The notes beneath the pieces were generated by a model, which was not told where the DNA came from, did not search any database, and saw nothing but the letters and a program-made list of their open reading frames with translations. Positions 50,926 to 52,947 of a stretch of DNA of 52,947 nt are shown here, piece after piece. The position numbers and the translations under genes are program-made. Numbering within the stretch: position 1 is the stretch's first letter; every line of letters starts with the position of its first letter. Where the stretch lies: contig CAZZVB010000002.1 of the NCBI GenBank assembly GCA_964657445.1, forward strand, positions 5,179 to 58,125, written 5' to 3'. This stretch comes from an uncultured Burkholderiaceae bacterium (GTDB taxonomy: Bacteria > Pseudomonadota > Alphaproteobacteria > Acetobacterales > Acetobacteraceae).

Positions 50926-51413
50926 GCGGCGGCGGCTTCGACCGCGCCGCCTTCAGCGGGCACCACCAACTCGAGCGATAGCAGGCTCAGCATGCGGTCA
51001 TCGATGGCCAGCAAACCTTGCACAAAACTGCGCATCCGGCTGGAGGCGATATCCGGCGGGGACTGCAACGCTGCATGCGACGCAGTCAGGATGTCGGACA
51101 CGCCGTCCACCAACAGGCCAATGACCTGAGGACCGCCGCCGGGGCGCGCGATCTGGGCGACGATGATGGCGTGGCGTTCCGTAGGCTCGGTCCCTGGAAG
51201 GCCAAGGCGCTGCGCCAGATCGATGATCGGCAGCACAGTGCCGCGCAGATTGATCACACCGCGCACGAAAGGCGGGGATCGCGGCAGCGGTGTCACTGGC
51301 GCCCAGCCGCGGATTTCCCGAACGGTCAGGATATCCACGCAAAACTCCTGCTGGCCAACGCGGAACGTGATCAGTTCCATATCCCCATCGCTGGATATTG
51401 TGGAATCAAGCAT
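50922..51413 (-). CDS. cheW: Chemotaxis coupling protein CheW
   Basis: VREIRGW, GVINLRG, GLLVDGVSDI. Confidence 0.96.
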   Translation of the reverse strand: MLDSTISSDGDMELITFRVGQQEFCVDILTVREIRGWAPVTPLPRSPPFVRGVINLRGTVLPIIDLAQRLGLPGTEPTERHAIIVAQIARPGGGPQVIGLLVDGVSDILTASHAALQSPPDIASSRMRSFVQGLLAIDDRMLSLLSLELVVPAEGGAVEAAAA

Positions 51414-52947
51414 AGGCTTCCCCTAACACTGGTGGAACGGGCAGACAGTCGGGCTCCGTGCATGCGCCCGCAATGATCGCATCGACGTCGAGGATCAGGG
51501 CGACACGGCCATTGCCCATGATGGTTGCAGCCGCAACGCCAGCGACAGGGCGGTAATTTGCCTCGAGGCTCTTGATGACGACCTGCTGCTGGCCCTGGAT
51601 GGCATCGACGATCAGGGCTGCGCGGCGGCCGCCATCCCCCTCAACCAGCAAGGCGACGCTTCCGGCACTCCAGTCCGGCGCATCCCAGCCAAGCAGCGCA
51701 GCGACGCTCAGCAGCGGAAGATACACGCCCCGGATCGCCACGACCGCGCCTTGCTCCCCAAGCGGATGCACATCCTTGGCTGCGGGCTGCAGCGTCTCCA
51801 GGATAGCCGTCAATGGGACGATCAGCGTTTGTCCGGCGACCGTGACCACCATGCCGTCCAACACCGCAAGCGTCAGCGGCAGGCTCATGGTGAAAGCAGA
51901 CCCTAAGCCCGGCCGTGAGGCGATAGCGATACGGCCGCCCAGTCCCTGTACGCTTCGCCGGACGATATCCATGCCGACGCCGCGCCCGGAAATATCGGAC
52001 AAAGCAGCCGCGGTCGAGAAACCCGGCATGAAGATGAGGTTATCCGTTTCCTCGTCGCTCAAAGTGGCGCCCTCTGGGATCAGGCCCTTTGCCACCGCAC
52101 TGCTGCGCACCCGCGCACGGTCGATCCCGGCACCGTCATCCGAGACCTCGATCACGATACGGCCGGAGCGGTGCAGCGCCGCAAGGCGGACCGTGCCTTC
52201 CGCGGGCTTGCCGGCGCGCCGCCGTTCCTCCGGGGACTCAAGTCCGTGATCGATGGCATTGCGGATCATGTGCGTCAGCGGATCTGCCAAGTGCTCGATC
52301 ACGGTCTTGTCCACCTCGGTGCTCTCACCGTCGCACACCAGGCGGACCTGCTTGCCCGTCATCGCAGCAACATCGCGCACCAGGCGGGGCATGCGCGCAA
52401 AAACCGATTTTACCGGCTGAGCGCGTATCGCCATGACGCTGTCCTGGATCTCCCGTGTGAGGGCTTCCAGACCGGCGAGCGCGACGCCGGCGGCAGAGGA
52501 CGTCCCTAACCCGGCAGAGACCACACCTTCCGCCAGCATGGCGCCGTTGATGACCAGTTCGCCGACCAGGTCGATAAGCCTGTCCACCCGGTCAAGATCG
52601 ACACGGATCGTGACCTTTGCCGCCGGGGCGGACTCCTCCCGCGGGGGAGGCGGCTGGGTGCCGGGCACGGCCGGGGCTTCGGCGGCAAGCCCGCGCAACA
52701 GCGCTTCGATATCAGGCTCATCGCTAGGCACGGGGGCCGGCGCAGTGGGGGCCGCCAGGTCGAAGTCGCAATCACCCTCAACGAATTCGAACACTTCGCG
52801 GATCGCTTCGGCAGGCTGTTCGGTCCGCAAGCTTACGGTCCAGGCGAGATACGCGCCTTCCGGCTCCAGCTCCGCAAGACCAGGCAAGTCACTCGCATCG
52901 ACGCTGACCGACGCAGTACCCAACCGCGCAAGCTCCCTCAGCAACAG
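51406..52947 (-). CDS. cheA: Chemotaxis histidine kinase CheA (5' truncated by window)
   Basis: IRVDLDRVD, HMIRNAIDHG, DDGAG, PGFST, SGRGVGMD, LPLTLA, C-terminal CheW domain. Confidence 0.97.
   Translation of the reverse strand: MLLRELARLGTASVSVDASDLPGLAELEPEGAYLAWTVSLRTEQPAEAIREVFEFVEGDCDFDLAAPTAPAPVPSDEPDIEALLRGLAAEAPAVPGTQPPPPREESAPAAKVTIRVDLDRVDRLIDLVGELVINGAMLAEGVVSAGLGTSSAAGVALAGLEALTREIQDSVMAIRAQPVKSVFARMPRLVRDVAAMTGKQVRLVCDGESTEVDKTVIEHLADPLTHMIRNAIDHGLESPEERRRAGKPAEGTVRLAALHRSGRIVIEVSDDGAGIDRARVRSSAVAKGLIPEGATLSDEETDNLIFMPGFSTAAALSDISGRGVGMDIVRRSVQGLGGRIAIASRPGLGSAFTMSLPLTLAVLDGMVVTVAGQTLIVPLTAILETLQPAAKDVHPLGEQGAVVAIRGVYLPLLSVAALLGWDAPDWSAGSVALLVEGDGGRRAALIVDAIQGQQQVVIKSLEANYRPVAGVAAATIMGNGRVALILDVDAIIAGACTEPDCLPVPPVLGEAYA

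Overview
GC-rich alphaproteobacterial chromosome segment; gene content and order suggest Acetobacteraceae (inference). In order: the end of a surface-polysaccharide locus (3 glycosyltransferases, a secreted tailspike-like protein, a methyltransferase); a Dpp/Opp-type ABC transporter with an intergenic palindromic repeat; two small secreted proteins; alpha-glucan hydrolases (GDE, MGH1/GH63-like, GlgX) interrupted by a copper operon (DUF2946-type leader, unknown outer-membrane protein, PCu(A)C, CopC, CopD-cytochrome c fusion); an acyl-CoA ligase; an MntR/NRAMP-like/small protein/OprB locus with a clear MntR box; an orphan substrate-binding protein; yqeY-dnaG-rpoD-GNAT; a decayed Phd antitoxin; carA with a Cro-like N-terminal domain, carB, greA, threonine ammonia-lyase, a molybdopterin oxidoreductase, msrB, another GDE, an unannotated 52-aa membrane protein; and a Caulobacter-type chemotaxis operon (cheA partial, cheW, R, B, Y, D, cheU-like, cleA-like, cheE-like). 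Best leads: (1) a copper-uptake operon with a double ribosome-arrest leader, an SD-sequestering stem and a His1 beta-barrel in place of a TonB receptor; (2) an HTH-CarA fusion whose predicted leaderless promoter has a palindrome filling the -35/-10 spacer; (3) a Mn-regulated non-canonical NRAMP with a possibly split tail and a porin. All calls come from reading motifs by eye; no database searches were run.
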